The notes under the pieces are model-generated. The model was not told where the DNA came from. It did no database searches and saw nothing but the letters and a program-made list of their open reading frames with translations. A DNA stretch of 64,000 bases from Eledone cirrhosa (taxonomy: Eukaryota): assembly GCA_964016885.1 (NCBI GenBank), contig OZ024740.1, forward strand, positions 112,220,001 through 112,284,000. Direction: 5' to 3'. The first letter of the stretch is position 1, and the number at the start of each line of letters is the position of its first letter. This document shows, one piece after another, positions 39,561-52,825 of this stretch. Both the position numbers and the translations under genes were made by a program.

Positions 39561-40168
39561 TGGGTTTTTTTACTTGGCGTTGATGGTGGTGAGGGGGTTA
39601 TTGTTTTTTATTGTTAGGGTTGTTATTGTTGCTGGTGTGCTGTGTGTGTGTGTGTGTTCCTTCTCGATCTATTAAAGTCTTACTGTTAATTAAAACGATC
39701 CAATTAAGTAAGGAACTGCTGAATAGATAGAAATGTATAGTATATAGACAGAAGGAGGGGGGAGGTGGTGAGGAGGGGGGAGAAGAAGAAGAAGAAGAAG
39801 AAGAAGAAGAAGAAGAAGAAGAAGAAGAAGAAGGAGAAACCGTTTCTTACAAGAGAACTATGGAATGAATCGATATATAGCTTACAATGGCTTATACTTT
39901 GACACTTGCTGCCACGCTCAACAGCTCAATATATATATATATATATATATATATATTTCGTTTCTGAATTTGTTTAGCAAGATTCTTTATCTGAAAACGT
40001 GTGTTGAAACCGATATTGTTATACTTTGGGAGGGTCATGTTGCCAATAAGAAAACACACGCACCAGTTGCTTTCACTTCAATTTATTATAATAAATTTAT
40101 AAATTTAGGAATTTATAAATTTCCGGTTGGTTGGTTGGTTTCCACAACCAGATGATTGTTTATATATT

Positions 40169-40212
40169 GTCCAAAGTTCTTTCGTCACACATTCTGTGAC
40201 CTCTTCAGTGAC
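40169..40212 (-). ncRNA. Type I hammerhead ribozyme
   Basis: Minus strand GUCA-CUGAAGA-G-GUCACA-gaaug-UGUGAC-GAAAG-aa-CUU-UGGAC: canonical core, 6-bp stem II, minimal stem III. Confidence 0.7.
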
Positions 40213-40737
40213 TGGGGATTCTTTTCTTTGTTTCTGCGGCTCTCCTTTGTTCTGTCCTACGCCATCTTGTTTTTGTGTGTGTTGTGTGCTTAGTTTGCGC
40301 ATGTGTTTACATCCGGGTGTCTGTGTGTGTTTATATTTGTTTATTTATTTGTTTATTTACATGTTACTGGTTGGTTGTTTGTTCTATGTGCGTGTGTGTT
40401 TTCATTTTGTCCTTAATTGTAAGTTGTGATGTTGCTGTTTCCATTCATGTTTTCTATTTAATTTTGGTTTTTACATAGAACATAAGGGTAAATTAGAGAC
40501 ATAGAAATAAAAATAGAATCTACACACAGAAAAGACGCAATGTTTCGATAAATCACAGAGGCAATAAACATAAATGAACTCCAACCAAAATTGTATATGT
40601 ATATATATATATACATATATATACACACACATATATATATACATGCATATATATATACATATATATACACACATATATATATACATATATATATACAATA
40701 TATATACACACACATATATATATATATACATATATAT

Positions 40738-40815
<78 letters not shown>

Positions 40816-41464
40816 TGGCTGCCAACTCGTTTTCGAGTACGGCCACTACTTTATATCCATGTAGGAGAACCCCTACCGATGCGCTGAGCGAGTGTGGCTT
40901 TTTAGTCCAGCCACCGACTTGAAAACTCTGGTACAAACACTACACTTGTGACAATTATTGACACACAGTGCTGGGCCCATGGTACCATGTGACGACAAGT
41001 GCAGAGAGATCTCCAGATATAAAGCAATGCCTGTGCCGTGAAGCTTTTATAGTGAGCAAAGGCACTGCACAAAGCCAGACCCACTCTCTTAACCAAGATG
41101 ATATTTAGCAAAAAGAAGAAAAAAATCAACATCATTGGATACCATCAGGGTTGCAGGTGTTATATCAGAGTTTTCCTTCTACTAGAATTCTACCTTGACA
41201 AAGGCTAAGGGGTCATCTCTCCCGGTGATTTTGGATGGCCATTGACTCTTACGAGCTCCTTTTCCCTTTGACAGATTTTGTTTTTAGTCCTGCAGGATGT
41301 CCAAAATCACCCTCCTCACCAAGAACCCTTGGTGGGGTTGCCAGTTTAGTCGCCAACGACCCGACCATGAGACAGGTTGTACTGGGATACATGTTACCAG
41401 TAACACCAACTGGTGACCTGACATATATATATATATATATGCATATATATATATATATACATAC

Positions 41465-41537
<73 letters not shown>

Positions 41538-41598
41538 CATTTGTATATATATTTATACATATGTATAATAATATATATGTATATATATATATATATGA

Positions 41599-41637
<39 letters not shown>

Positions 41638-41919
41638 CACGTATATGTATATATGTATGTATAGATATACACGTATATATGTATATATATATATGTGTAT
41701 ATATATACACGTATATATATATACACGTATATATATATATACACACACACACATATACATACATATATATATGTCTGTGTGTGTGTGAGTATGTTTATAT
41801 TTTTGTGTGCGTGTGCATACATATGTATGAATTAATGTATACGTTTGTGTATTTGTATACATGGAGACAGTCTGAAATCTACTAAATGAGCACTCAATAC
41901 ATACAATAAATGTAGTAGA

Positions 41920-42450
41920 AGAGGGGTTCTGAATGTGGGCGCTACCACCATCCGGAGGGCATTGGGGAGATCCAGTGTGTCGCTGAAGCCTAAGGAGATG
42001 GTGGGGAGGTAGAGATGATATATTTGGGCTGAGGAGTCCAAACTGTCCAAGTACCGGTTTGCGGTCGTACACTTGGCAGTGGAGACTTCTGGTGTCCTTG
42101 GCCCTAGGGCTACCCCCCTACTCACCACCACAGGCGCTGGGCTGGCCAGCCGGAGGTGTGAGCCTCACGAGTTGGAATGGCTCTTCCAGCGCATCTCCCT
42201 TACCATCCTCCAAGGAAATGCCTTCTCCATTCTGTCCGCCGAGTCTGTGGGGGAGGCCAGCACGTGTGACCCCATTTGCTCACCAAACGGAGACATGGGG
42301 AGGACCAGAGAGATGGAGGCGATGTCAGTAAGAGCTCGGCTGTTCTTTCATGTTTGCTTAGGTTACAATTGCATTGTGATAGAAGCAGTAAAACTAGGAA
42401 TACTTAATACTAACTGGATGTATATAGCGAAGTATATTAGGTATCAAATG
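41920..42450 (+). pseudogene. 3' end of a CRE-like (restriction-like endonuclease) non-LTR retrotransposon
   Basis: AEESKLSKY…LAVETSGVLGPRA…WLFQRISLTILQGNAFSIL matches the CRE-type C-terminus AE..K..KY…AVET.G..G…QR.S…Q.GNA. The 3' region ends at (TA)n. Confidence 0.75.
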
Positions 42451-42899
42451 ATACATATTATATATATATATATATATATATATAGTAAAATAAAAAATAT
42501 ATAATATTTATACATAGTGTATATTATATTATTTAATATATATTATTTATAATTTGCGTGTAAGCAGGTCTCTCTAGAAATAGGGTTGGAGGAGCTGAGG
42601 GTATTATGTGGTCGTGAGAGGCGCGGTGGCCCAAAAAGTTTGAGAACTTCTAGGGTAGAATATAGAATTTATTTTTACAACGAAAAAGGTTTCGTTGTAA
42701 CTTCAAGGTTTCTCATACTGCTGGCTTCGTCAGATGGCCGACTACATCATCTTCCATAATCTACGCCTTTCGTCTTCACTGTCGTTATGATCATTGTCTT
42801 CATCAACTTCGCTATCCTCATCATCATCATCATCATTGCCATCATCCTCAGTGTCATCATCTCATCACCATGTTCATCATATACTTCATCATGCAACTG

Positions 42900-42971
<72 letters not shown>

Positions 42972-43074
42972 AAACCCAATAGTAATTATGATAATGGTGA
43001 TTGTGATTGAGTTTCGATTGTTTACTTATTTTGTTAATTACATACTAGCTACACCCTCAAGTTTTATCGTTTTC

Positions 43075-43106
43075 TAACCCTAACCCAAACCCTAACCCTA
43101 ACCCTA
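43075..43106 (-). repeat. Short interstitial telomere-like (TTAGGG)n, ~5 units
   Basis: CTAACCC TAACCC AAACCC TAACCC TAACCCTA. Confidence 0.7.
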
Positions 43107-43203
43107 CACTTATCCTAAACAAATGTCTTAGACGTTTACTTAACGTCTTCAGAAACCGAAAAACAGACGTGTAGAGTAAGAAACGAGAAAGATAGAGAGA
43201 AAC

Positions 43204-43279
<76 letters not shown>

Positions 43280-43717
43280 ATGGAAAAGTGAAACTGAAAG
43301 TAGAATGATGTGAGTTAGAGAGAGGGGGGGGGGGGGATATAATTTGAAAGAATCATGATGGGAGAGAGAGTGAAACAATAGTACTACAATATCATAAACA
43401 ACAGTACTACAATACTATAAGACAATGAAGTTACTGTTGTCTTTCTTAGATAAAGAACTTTCTAAGAAATGAACTTATTCCCTTCTTGAGTTGAGAAAAC
43501 TCAGGAAAGGAACGTCTTGACATTTGAACAGAATCAGATTTTAATTAACAGATTAATTTGTATTTTAATTGCTGTGTTTCAAAGACGATTCCTCCTAAAA
43601 AATATGTAGTTAATGACTGAAACTCTCTACAACCTCCTTCAACCTTTTAGAAATAACACCCATATTACATCCTACCATATTAGGAAGGAAGGACGCTTCG
43701 GCAAATTTAGTCCTAGT

Positions 43718-43963
43718 TCAACGGTTCCCAACCTGAGCTCCACGGAATTCTGGGGGACGACTGTGAGCTAAGTTTAAAATTTCTTGTACTTTGTTATAAA
43801 CATAGTATACACACGTTTTCGATATCTATTTTTCTATTAACAATTCTCTCTTCCAGTTGTTATTGTCAAAGTATAACAAACTGGAAGCGAGGAACTGGAG
43901 GAAAATTCCTTTAAATTCATTTAAATAAAAAGGGTCTTTGCTAGAAAAAAATTAGGAACACTG
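43718..43963. mobile_element. Degenerate hAT-like MITE
   Basis: Ends CAACGGTTCCCAAC… and …TTAGGAACACTG resemble CAGTGGTTCCCAA / TTGGGAACCACTG hAT termini. Confidence 0.4.
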
Positions 43964-43980
43964 CCCAAGATATATTATTT

Positions 43981-45168
43981 TCGGACGCCATGCTTTCCGG
44001 CATAGTTACGTCCCTTTACGGTCTGAGTTCAAATCCCGTCGAGGTTAACTTTGCCTTTCATCCTTACCGGGTCGATAAAATAAAGTACCAGTAATGAACT
44101 GGGTAATTGCTGGCCTTGTGCCAAAAGTAGAAACAATTATTTATTAAGGTAAATAATGTGATATTTCCCAGTTTAACACGAGCTACAATGTTTTGAACTA
44201 TTATTATATGGGTTATATTTATCGGAAATGGAATATCCATCGCAGAGGTGTCGTCATTATATAAGGGCGGTGGATTGGCCGTATCGGTAGAGGGTCTGAC
44301 GCCATGCTTTGCATCAAAGAGTTACATCCCTTTACAGTCAGAGTTCAAATCCCGCCGAGGTTAACTTTGCCTTTTATCCTTACGGGGTCGATAAAATAAA
44401 GTACCAGTAATATAGTGAGATAATTGCTGGCCTTGTGCCAAAGGTAGAAACAATTATATATGGTGAGTCCATCTAGCTCTATATTTGGATATGGAGAGAA
44501 AGAAAGGAAGAGAAAGTGAGTGATATACAGAAAGAATAGGCTCCAGTGCTGAACTGGTACTTTGTTATCGACCTCGAATGGACGAAAAACAATTTTTTTC
44601 TTCAGACACATTCAAACTTAAATCTCAGAGAACAGAAACAGATACCCGCAAAGCAGTCCATCCGACGTTCTAACGAATTTCGATAGACTTACGCCCCGCT
44701 AAATTTTCAGGTAAATGTACTTGGATATTGTTTGAGAGAACTCACATGCTGGTAGAGTTGGTCTTTAAATGAAATATGCATTAAGCCGATATAAGATACA
44801 GTTCTAACATTTTTTATTTGTATATTTTTTCTTTTTTTTTCTTTTAACAATATGATGCACGGGGCAATTGTTTTCTTTTTAGTTTGTTTGCTTTTAAGGA
44901 TTTTGTGGTTATGTAAGAGTATGATTTTATTTTTATGATAGAAATGTTTGTGGTGGTGGTTGATTAACAAAATCATTAGAGCGTCGGACAAAATGTTTTA
45001 CGGCTTTTAATTGCGGTTTTTTACGTTTTGAGTTCAAATCCGGCTCTGGTCAACTTTACATTTCATCTTTCTGGGATCGATAAAATAGATTACCAGTCAA
45101 GACTGAGATCAATTTAATCAATTTTCTCCTTTGCCAAATTGCTAGCTTAGTGCTTACATTCGAAACTA
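43981..45168 (+). mobile_element. Cluster of family 1 SINEs (43981-44140, 44265-44456 and 44955-45168 plus; ~44520-44700 degenerate minus)
   Basis: Repeated GAGTTCAAATCC…GTTAACTTTGCCTTT…GGGTCGATAAAATAAAGTACCAG. Confidence 0.85.
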
Positions 45169-45328
45169 TTTTATATGTGTTTGTGGAATTACTGGCTGTT
45201 ATATTTTTCCTGTTGAATAATTTCTGAAAGTTGTTGAAGTAAGTGTTTATTGATAAAAAAAATGAAGTAGGTATATAAAGGTTACTCGTAAGGTTTTGTA
45301 TAGGTCAACCATAATAAGGAAGTAGCGA

Positions 45329-45380
<52 letters not shown>

Positions 45381-45384
<4 letters not shown>

Positions 45385-45646
45385 TGACAATAAGAATTGC
45401 AGCTTTTTGTGAAACTTTATTGCATATTACAATTGTTTCTATATCGATCAGCTCGGGTTTGATCAGGCGATCGGATCCCGACTCTTAAACGACACTTCTT
45501 CAGATATGCGAGTTTACATGGGTGTTCCTATCCAAACTGCCAATTAAGAGTCGGGATCCGATCGCCTGATCAAACCCGAACTGATCGATATAGAAACAAT
45601 TGTAATATGCAATAAAGTTTCACAAAAAGCTGCAATTCTTATTGTC

Positions 45647-45650
<4 letters not shown>
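45381..45650. mobile_element. Fold-back insert in (TA)n carrying a hammerhead
   Basis: ~105-bp near-perfect inverted arms (45382-45488 / 45544-45649), both ending in (TA)n. Confidence 0.85.
45422..45509 (-). ncRNA. Type I hammerhead ribozyme with extended (~55-60 nt) stem II
   Basis: Minus strand GCAUAU-CUGAAGA-[aGUGUCG…UCGGG…GAUC/GAUC…CCCGA…CGAUAUa]-GAAAC-AAUU-GUA-AUAUGC, then AAUAAA. Stem III ACAAUUGU is palindromic. Confidence 0.8.
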
Positions 45651-45703
<53 letters not shown>

Positions 45704-45740
45704 AATCAAAGAACGCTTACATACTTATACAATTTTTATT

Positions 45741-45787
45741 CGCTAACAATGTTTCATCCATACCGTGGGGCAGGAATCCTCAGAGCG
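45741..45787 (-). ncRNA. Type I hammerhead ribozyme
   Basis: Minus strand CGCU-CUGAGGA-u-UCC…GGA-u-GAAAC-auu-GUU-AGCG, then AAUAAA; ends ~40 nt from (TA)n. Confidence 0.65.
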
Positions 45788-46296
45788 TAATAAATAAAAA
45801 TATGGTGCTGAATATATTGCGGTTGTCTGTTTTTTTCTTACTGCTTCCCCTCTCTCTGTATCTCTCACCTTCTTTTTACCCCCTCTGCCAGTCACACTCT
45901 CTCTCGACTAGCCTCTTCCTCACACTTCCACTCACTCACTCTCTGCTTCTCCCCCTCTCTCACTTCCTCCCGTTTGACCTGTGTGAAACCCTTTCCTGCT
46001 CACATCTCACCCATGTCGGATGGTCTGTATCTCTCGTCCATGAATTCACCAAGCTTAAGCTTATAGATATCATGTACTTGTCTCTTCCTATCTTTCCGTT
46101 GCCATACCATCTTTGTTTGTTTACATGTCTGGCTCGCTTCACGCTATTTTACTTGTCCCAATAACTTTATTTAGTTATTGGTCGCACCAACCAGAGGTAT
46201 ATGATTTTTAAAGCGATGAAATACCAATGAAGGTTGGAAGATCACTGATGAAGGACTAATTTTATTCATATATATATATATATATATATATATAAG

Positions 46297-46650
46297 ACAA
46301 CGTGCTTTGTGGCATACAGTTACAGCTCTTTACGTTCTGATTTCAAATCCCGTCGTGGTTAGCTTTACTTTTCGTTCTTACGATGTCGATAAAAGAAAGT
46401 ACCAGTAACTTTCGCCTCTCCCAAAATTCTTGGTCTTATACCAAAATCAGTAACAATTATTATTTTTGTTGTTAGCCGGGAAATGTCGGTGGATTGACAG
46501 AAGTGTTAGAGCATTGGACAAAACGTCTTGTATTTTGTGCAGTGTTTTACAATCTGAGTTCAAATCCTGTCGAGGTCATATTTGCCTTCCATCCTTCTAG
46601 AGTCGGATAACATTTTTAAAAATACTAATCAAGTACTGTATCGATGTAAC
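46297..46650 (+). mobile_element. Two degenerate family 1 SINEs
   Basis: Box B (G/A)TTCAAATCC plus the shared central domain in both. Confidence 0.7.
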
Positions 46651-47144
46651 TGAGCCTACCCAACCTCACCAAAGAAAGTAGGTTGTTTACAATATGCCCA
46701 GATTAGGGACCCTTGCTATTATTGTTATATGAAAAACGAGAGACAAACGAGGGGAGCCAGTAAGGAGCCGGTTTCGATTCCCGCATGATTACTCATTACG
46801 TGCTATTTGGAAAGGCATGTACATCTCGGAATCTACATTCTCAATCTCCTAGCATACAAAAGGTATGGCAATGATTCTGATATCTGTTTTAAATAATTGA
46901 AATGATGATAATCGGTGGTGGGAGGATGATGGGAAAATTGAGGATTATGATGACGATAATGATATAATGATGACATTCGCTATATACGACAATAGTAATG
47001 ATTAGTATGGTGAGGGTGGTGAGGGTGATGGTAGTGGAGAGCAGGTGACGGAGGAGGAAGACAATTGTTGTGATAGAGGCGTTAGTAATAGTGGGTGATG
47101 GTGATAGTTGTGGTTTCGACGATGGATATTATTATTATTATTAT

Positions 47145-47188
<44 letters not shown>

Positions 47189-47820
47189 AATAAGAAGTGA
47201 AAGAGGAGATATTTTAAAAGATAAACAAATATTTAAATAGAATTTTTTTTTTTTTAAGTAGTAGTAGTAGTGTGCTGGCGATGGTGTTAGTGGTGGTATT
47301 GGTGGTGGTGGCGGCGGTGGTGGTGGTGGTGGTGCTGATGGCAGTGCTTATAGTGGTGGTGGTGTATCAGTGATAATGATAATGAAGAAGCAGCTGAGTA
47401 GATAGACATCAGGTGTCACCTGTCATCAGTGTGGGGCTCTTTTCTTCCTCCTGTGACTCCATGTCACATACACTTAAACACATGTTTCCGATGTTTTGTT
47501 CTGTTTACGAAGTCAGCTGGATGCAGAGATGTGTATATAGGTGCGTGGGTGAGTATGTATGTATGTATGTGCGTGTGTGTAAATATGTATATATCAGCGC
47601 GTGCATATTTATTATATATACATATGTGTATATATACATATATGAGAGTGAGAGAGAAATACATAGATAATTATATATATATATCCATATAGTTCGTCTT
47701 ACGTAATTGTTTTTTTTCTGTGTGCATTTTTGCTGATTTATATATAGAGAGAGGGAGCGAGAGACGGAGAGACATATTTTCACACACACACACACACACA
47801 TGTATGTACGTTTATATAAG

Positions 47821-47852
<32 letters not shown>

Positions 47853-47856
<4 letters not shown>

Positions 47857-48050
47857 AAAAGAGTCAAGACCCCGACGGCTGAGCTCCGGCCGTTTCGACA
47901 GCTAGATCAGTTCGAATCTAGCTGTCGAAACGGCCGGAGCTCAGTTGTCGGGGTCCTGACTCTTTTCCTATTACCCTCTCTATTACCCTAAGTATTGAGT
48001 ACTCCGGTGCGTTATGGTCCATCTGGTATTTTACCACACTTTCTTTGTTA
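47853..48050. mobile_element. Hammerhead fold-back family B (subfamily shared with 9940)
   Basis: Short arm on minus, long arm on plus; junction CAGCTAGAT…ATCTAGCTG. Confidence 0.85.
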
Positions 48051-48369
48051 TATACACACACACACACACACACATTCAAACAAATATTATTTGCAATGTA
48101 AGGTACTCTTTTATGAAAAAAAAAAAAAAAACATACAAATTTACACTACGGGTTATATCTTTCCATCTCCAGACAAGTTTTCATCGATCTCATGGGTTTG
48201 CAGTCTTTTTTAGCCACCATCAGATATATTACTAGTTTATAGCAATAAGACGACTTTGGTGCTGGCAAATACATAAACATGAAGAAGGAAGGACGTTGCA
48301 CTATCATCGCTATATAACTTAATATCTGTAACATATGAGTGAAAGAATTCATAGATTAAAACATAAGAG

Positions 48370-49050
48370 TGTAGTCTAATCGGTCAATAACACTTCAGTG
48401 TGAGGTCAACCTGTCTAATAACAGTTCGGAGTGTAGTCTACCTGTTCATTTACAGTCCAGTGTAGTATCTGTCCATTAGCAGTTCCGTGTATGAAATACC
48501 TGGTAATTTACAGTTCAGTGTGTGGTTTACCGGGCCATCTACAGTTCAGTGTGTGGTCTATCGGGTCATCTACAGTTCAGTGTGTGGTCTATCGGGTCAT
48601 CTACAGTTCAGTGTGTGGTCTACCGGGTCATCTACAGTTCAGTGTGTGGTCTATCGGGTCATCTACAGTTCAGTGTGTGGTCTACTGGGTCATCTACAGT
48701 TCAGTGTATGGTCTATTTGATCCTTTACATTTCTGTGTATAGTTTACCTGGTCATTAAAGTTTAATGTGTGATCTACCTGGTCATCTACAGTTCACTGTG
48801 TGGTCTACCTGGTCATTTACATTTCTGTGTGTGGTCTGCCGAGCAATTTGCAACCACATGTGTGGTCAACCTGGTCATTTACAGTTCAGTCTGTAGTTTA
48901 TCTGGTCATTTATAGTTCAGTGTGTGATCTACATGGCAATTTACAGTTCAGTGTAGGGTCTACCTAGCAATTTACAGTTCAGTGTGTGGTCAACCTGGCC
49001 ATCTACAGTTCAGCAAGCCTTGTAGCTGGTCATTTACAGTTCAGTGTAGT
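48370..49050. repeat. 31-bp minisatellite, ~22 copies, same family as 14228-14784
   Basis: GGTCAT(C/T)TACAGTTCAGTGTGTGGTCTA(C/T)C(T/G) units. Confidence 0.92.
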
Positions 49051-50142
49051 TTACGTCAACTACAAAAACTTTATACTGCATGATGATAAAAACCTTTGGA
49101 AAAATGTGGCATACACTTAAATCGTCAAAATCAATATCATAATGATCAATCAATACTAATTACAATAATGATCATCATTATGATTGAATTCACTGGTACT
49201 ATACAGGGGCGGTGGAAGCATTTCTTAATTGGCGGGGTGGGGATGGGGGGCAAAATTTGGTCAATTTAGTCGTAAGTGATTAGTTTAGCTGGGGCTTCTC
49301 TCTCTTTCGTTATTTGTTCTGTATTTTCATTTTTTAGTAAACATTTTCCTGTTCATTTTCATCGACGCAGTTTGAACAAGTTGGTCCTCAGGGCTAACGA
49401 AACGTACGTACCTTGTATGGCACTGTTGTAGTAACTGGCCTTAATAACTAAATGTATATATATATATATATTTAGTGAAAGTCACTATCCCTGTATATCC
49501 CTATATTATTTTGAATTAGTATTTTTCAATCTAGCTAACTTGGTCATTTGCAATTGGAACATATGTATACTTGTATCGGTGTTCATCCCTCTCATATATT
49601 CATTTGTATATATATCTACATTTACCCAAACTGCAATTCTGTGTTTCTCTCTTTCTCTCTTACTGCTCCCTCGTTCTTTCTGTTTCTCTTACTTTCTTTC
49701 GTCTCCTCTGCCATGTCAGTTAACTCTTTCTCTCTACTGACCTCTTCCTCGCACTCCCACTCACTCAGTCCCTGTTTCTCCCCTTCTTTCTTCCTCCCGT
49801 TCGCTGGGAAAACGGTTTTCATTCTTTCTAACACCAGATTCACTAGCGAAAGGTCTGTTTTCTGACTCGCTCATATATTCACACAGCTTATGCTGAAAGA
49901 ATAACTATGTTGCTTGTTTATTTCCATCTTCGGTTAGCTTCCCCCTGTGTTGTTTACTTGTCTCACTCGCTTTACGCGTTTCTATTGTCCTAATAACTTA
50001 TTTTAGTTATTATCGCTCCAACGTGAGGTATATGATTTTTAATGCGATGAAATACCCATGATCGTTTGGTAAATCACTGATGAGGGACTCATTTTATAAC
50101 ATGTTATCCATGTGCAACCAGCAGTATTCTTCTCACCCATAT

Positions 50143-50237
<95 letters not shown>

Positions 50238-50707
50238 TATTTACATAGCATCAGAACAATAAGACATGTTTGCTTACGTGAAAGGAAGCTGCTGGTAGTG
50301 CACGATATCAAACCAGTTTATACAAGTATTAATAAAATTCTACATTATGTTGATTGCTTTATTCATAAGTTTGTACCCTCAAAATGTTTGTATATTTGCA
50401 CCCCCACCCCCCTCCCACACACACACAACGGTAATGAGTTGTATGGCATGCGGCAGAGTTCGATACCCGCAGGCGAATTTCTCTACATTCTTCTGTTTCT
50501 GTATCTAAATGTTTAATTTATTTAGACATTTTTAGTTAATCCTGCTTTGTAGTAGATTATAATAAACTAACATTATTTCAAAATTCAAATTTTCCTGAGG
50601 CTTCATAAAACGATTTCTTTATATATTGGGTCATCAAGTATGAAATTTGTAGAAATTTGTTTGTTTTTTTTCTAGAAATTTCTAGAAATTTCATACTTGA
50701 CGACCTA

Positions 50708-50743
<36 letters not shown>

Positions 50744-51071
50744 ACATTTAGGTTTGTTAGTTCTCCGCTGGATAGAACTGGTCATTCCGTATAGTCAACC
50801 GTGATGTAATATTATGGAAAAGCACTCGACGTTATGCAACTCATCCATCTTCGTTTATGTTGAATCTTGTTGGTAGTGCGAGAACGGAGTTAATTATTAT
50901 TGAGTAAAATGACAGGAGGCTGGACTGGTGAAATTCCTTCACAGATTTATTACAAAAACTATGTATATTTCAATGACCAGGTTCCATAGGATCCTGATGA
51001 CATCAACAGGTAATATTGTATAAAAGTTATCTAATAATGGAATATAATAACGGAATAATGGTAAACACAAT

Positions 51072-51126
<55 letters not shown>

Positions 51127-51147
51127 GTGTTTAAGTAACACACGAGT

Positions 51148-51202
<55 letters not shown>

Positions 51203-51229
51203 GTAGAAAAGTAACACACGAGTTGATAT

Positions 51230-51711
51230 ATATAAACAAATAGCGAAAAGGAAAAAAGATTTTTTCAGTAGAAAATGGTGGAGAGATTTTTTCAATATAA
51301 TATCAAAAGATTTATTTATAAAGTGGGTATTTCCGCATTTAATAGTGGTACGGGTTTCAGCATTATATGCTTTTTCAACTGCGGATGTGCAAGTTGCATA
51401 TCTATACGAATAATAAAAAGGGGAAGAAAAATTATTAGTTTTTACATACATATTTAGAGAGGAAAGTTCATATCTTTGTCTGTGGTTGTTCTTCGTTCTC
51501 AGACAACCTTTTATTATTCGTATAGATATACAACTTAACTGCATTTTGCACATCCGCAGTTGAAAAAGCATATAATGCTGAAACCAGTACCAGTATTAAA
51601 TGCGGAAATACCCACTTTATAAATAATGTTTTGATATTATCATATATTGAAAAAAATCTCTCCACCATTTTCTACTACAAACGTTTTTTTTTTTCCTTTT
51701 TACTATTTTTT

Positions 51712-51718
<7 letters not shown>
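51230..51718. mobile_element. Large fold-back insert in (TA)n with a hammerhead-like motif in each arm
   Basis: ~190-bp inverted arms (51232-51421 / 51508-51716) around an ~85-bp spacer. Confidence 0.8.
51554..51605 (+). ncRNA. Hammerhead-like motif with U3-A8 core (mirror copy at 51333-51384, minus)
   Basis: CCGCA-g-UUGAAAA-AGCAU-aua-AUGCU-GAAAC-caguacca-GUA-uuaaa-UGCGG. Confidence 0.55.
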
Positions 51719-51753
<35 letters not shown>

Positions 51754-52089
51754 AAAAAATAGTAAAAAGGAAAAACACACACACATATATATATACCCGT
51801 AGACCATATATATAGACATACATACACACACACACATTATATACATATATATATATATATTCATTCGCACCGTTTCCTTTCGCTATATGTCTCTCCACCA
51901 CTCCCCTACACACCTTTTGAACTCTGTTCCCACACACTTCTCACCCGAGGAAGGGCTTATGCCCGAAACGTCGCCCCCCACCTACCCCCCACTCTCCTGA
52001 GCGTGAAATTAATAAACATTTATTGTACTGCCTCTCTGTTTTGTCCCTGTTCAAATTTTTCCATTATATATATATATATATATATATAT

Positions 52090-52304
52090 AGGAACGAGTA
52101 GGACCCCGACGGCTGAGCTCAAGCCGTTTCGACGGCTAATTCTGGACTAAATGAAAATTTTCATTTAGTCCAGAATTAGCCGTCGAAACGGCTTGAGCTC
52201 AGCCGTCGGGGTCCTACTCGTTCCTATTACCCACTCTACTACCCTAAGTATTGAGTACTTTGGTGCGTTATGGTCCACCTGGTTCCTTACCACATTTCCT
52301 CCGT

Positions 52305-52306
<2 letters not shown>
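52090..52306. mobile_element. Hammerhead fold-back family B
   Basis: Near-perfect ~135-bp palindrome centred on GAAAA-TTTTC (~52157), plus an ~80-bp tail on the right arm; (TA)n flanks. Confidence 0.9.
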
Positions 52307-52335
<29 letters not shown>

Positions 52336-52375
52336 ATATATGTATATATATGTATATATACACATATATATACCT

Positions 52376-52445
<70 letters not shown>

Positions 52446-52597
52446 ATAGGTATATATATGTGTATATATACATATATACATAAAATTATATTACATCATA
52501 TATATATATGTATATATGTGTATATGTATAAATATATGCATATGTATATATATATGTATATGTATATAGACATACATACACACACACACACACACAT

Positions 52598-52640
<43 letters not shown>

Positions 52641-52731
52641 CGAAGGAAATGTGGTAAGGAACCAGGTGGACCATAACGCACCAAAGTACTCAATACTTGA
52701 GGTAGTAGAGTGGGTAATAGGAACCAGTAAG

Positions 52732-52825
52732 ACCCCGACAGCTGAGCTCAAGCCGTTTCGACGGCTAATTCTGGACTAAATGAACATTTATCCTGGTATT
52801 TAAATAGCCGATCTTCTCAAGGGGT
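52732..52825 (-). ncRNA. Type I hammerhead ribozyme, U3-A8 variant
   Basis: Reverse complement of 53703-53796. Confidence 0.85.

Noticed and set aside
43075-43106. Chromosome end or fusion site
   Set aside because: Only about five imperfect TTAGGG units; such short tracts are common inside repeats.
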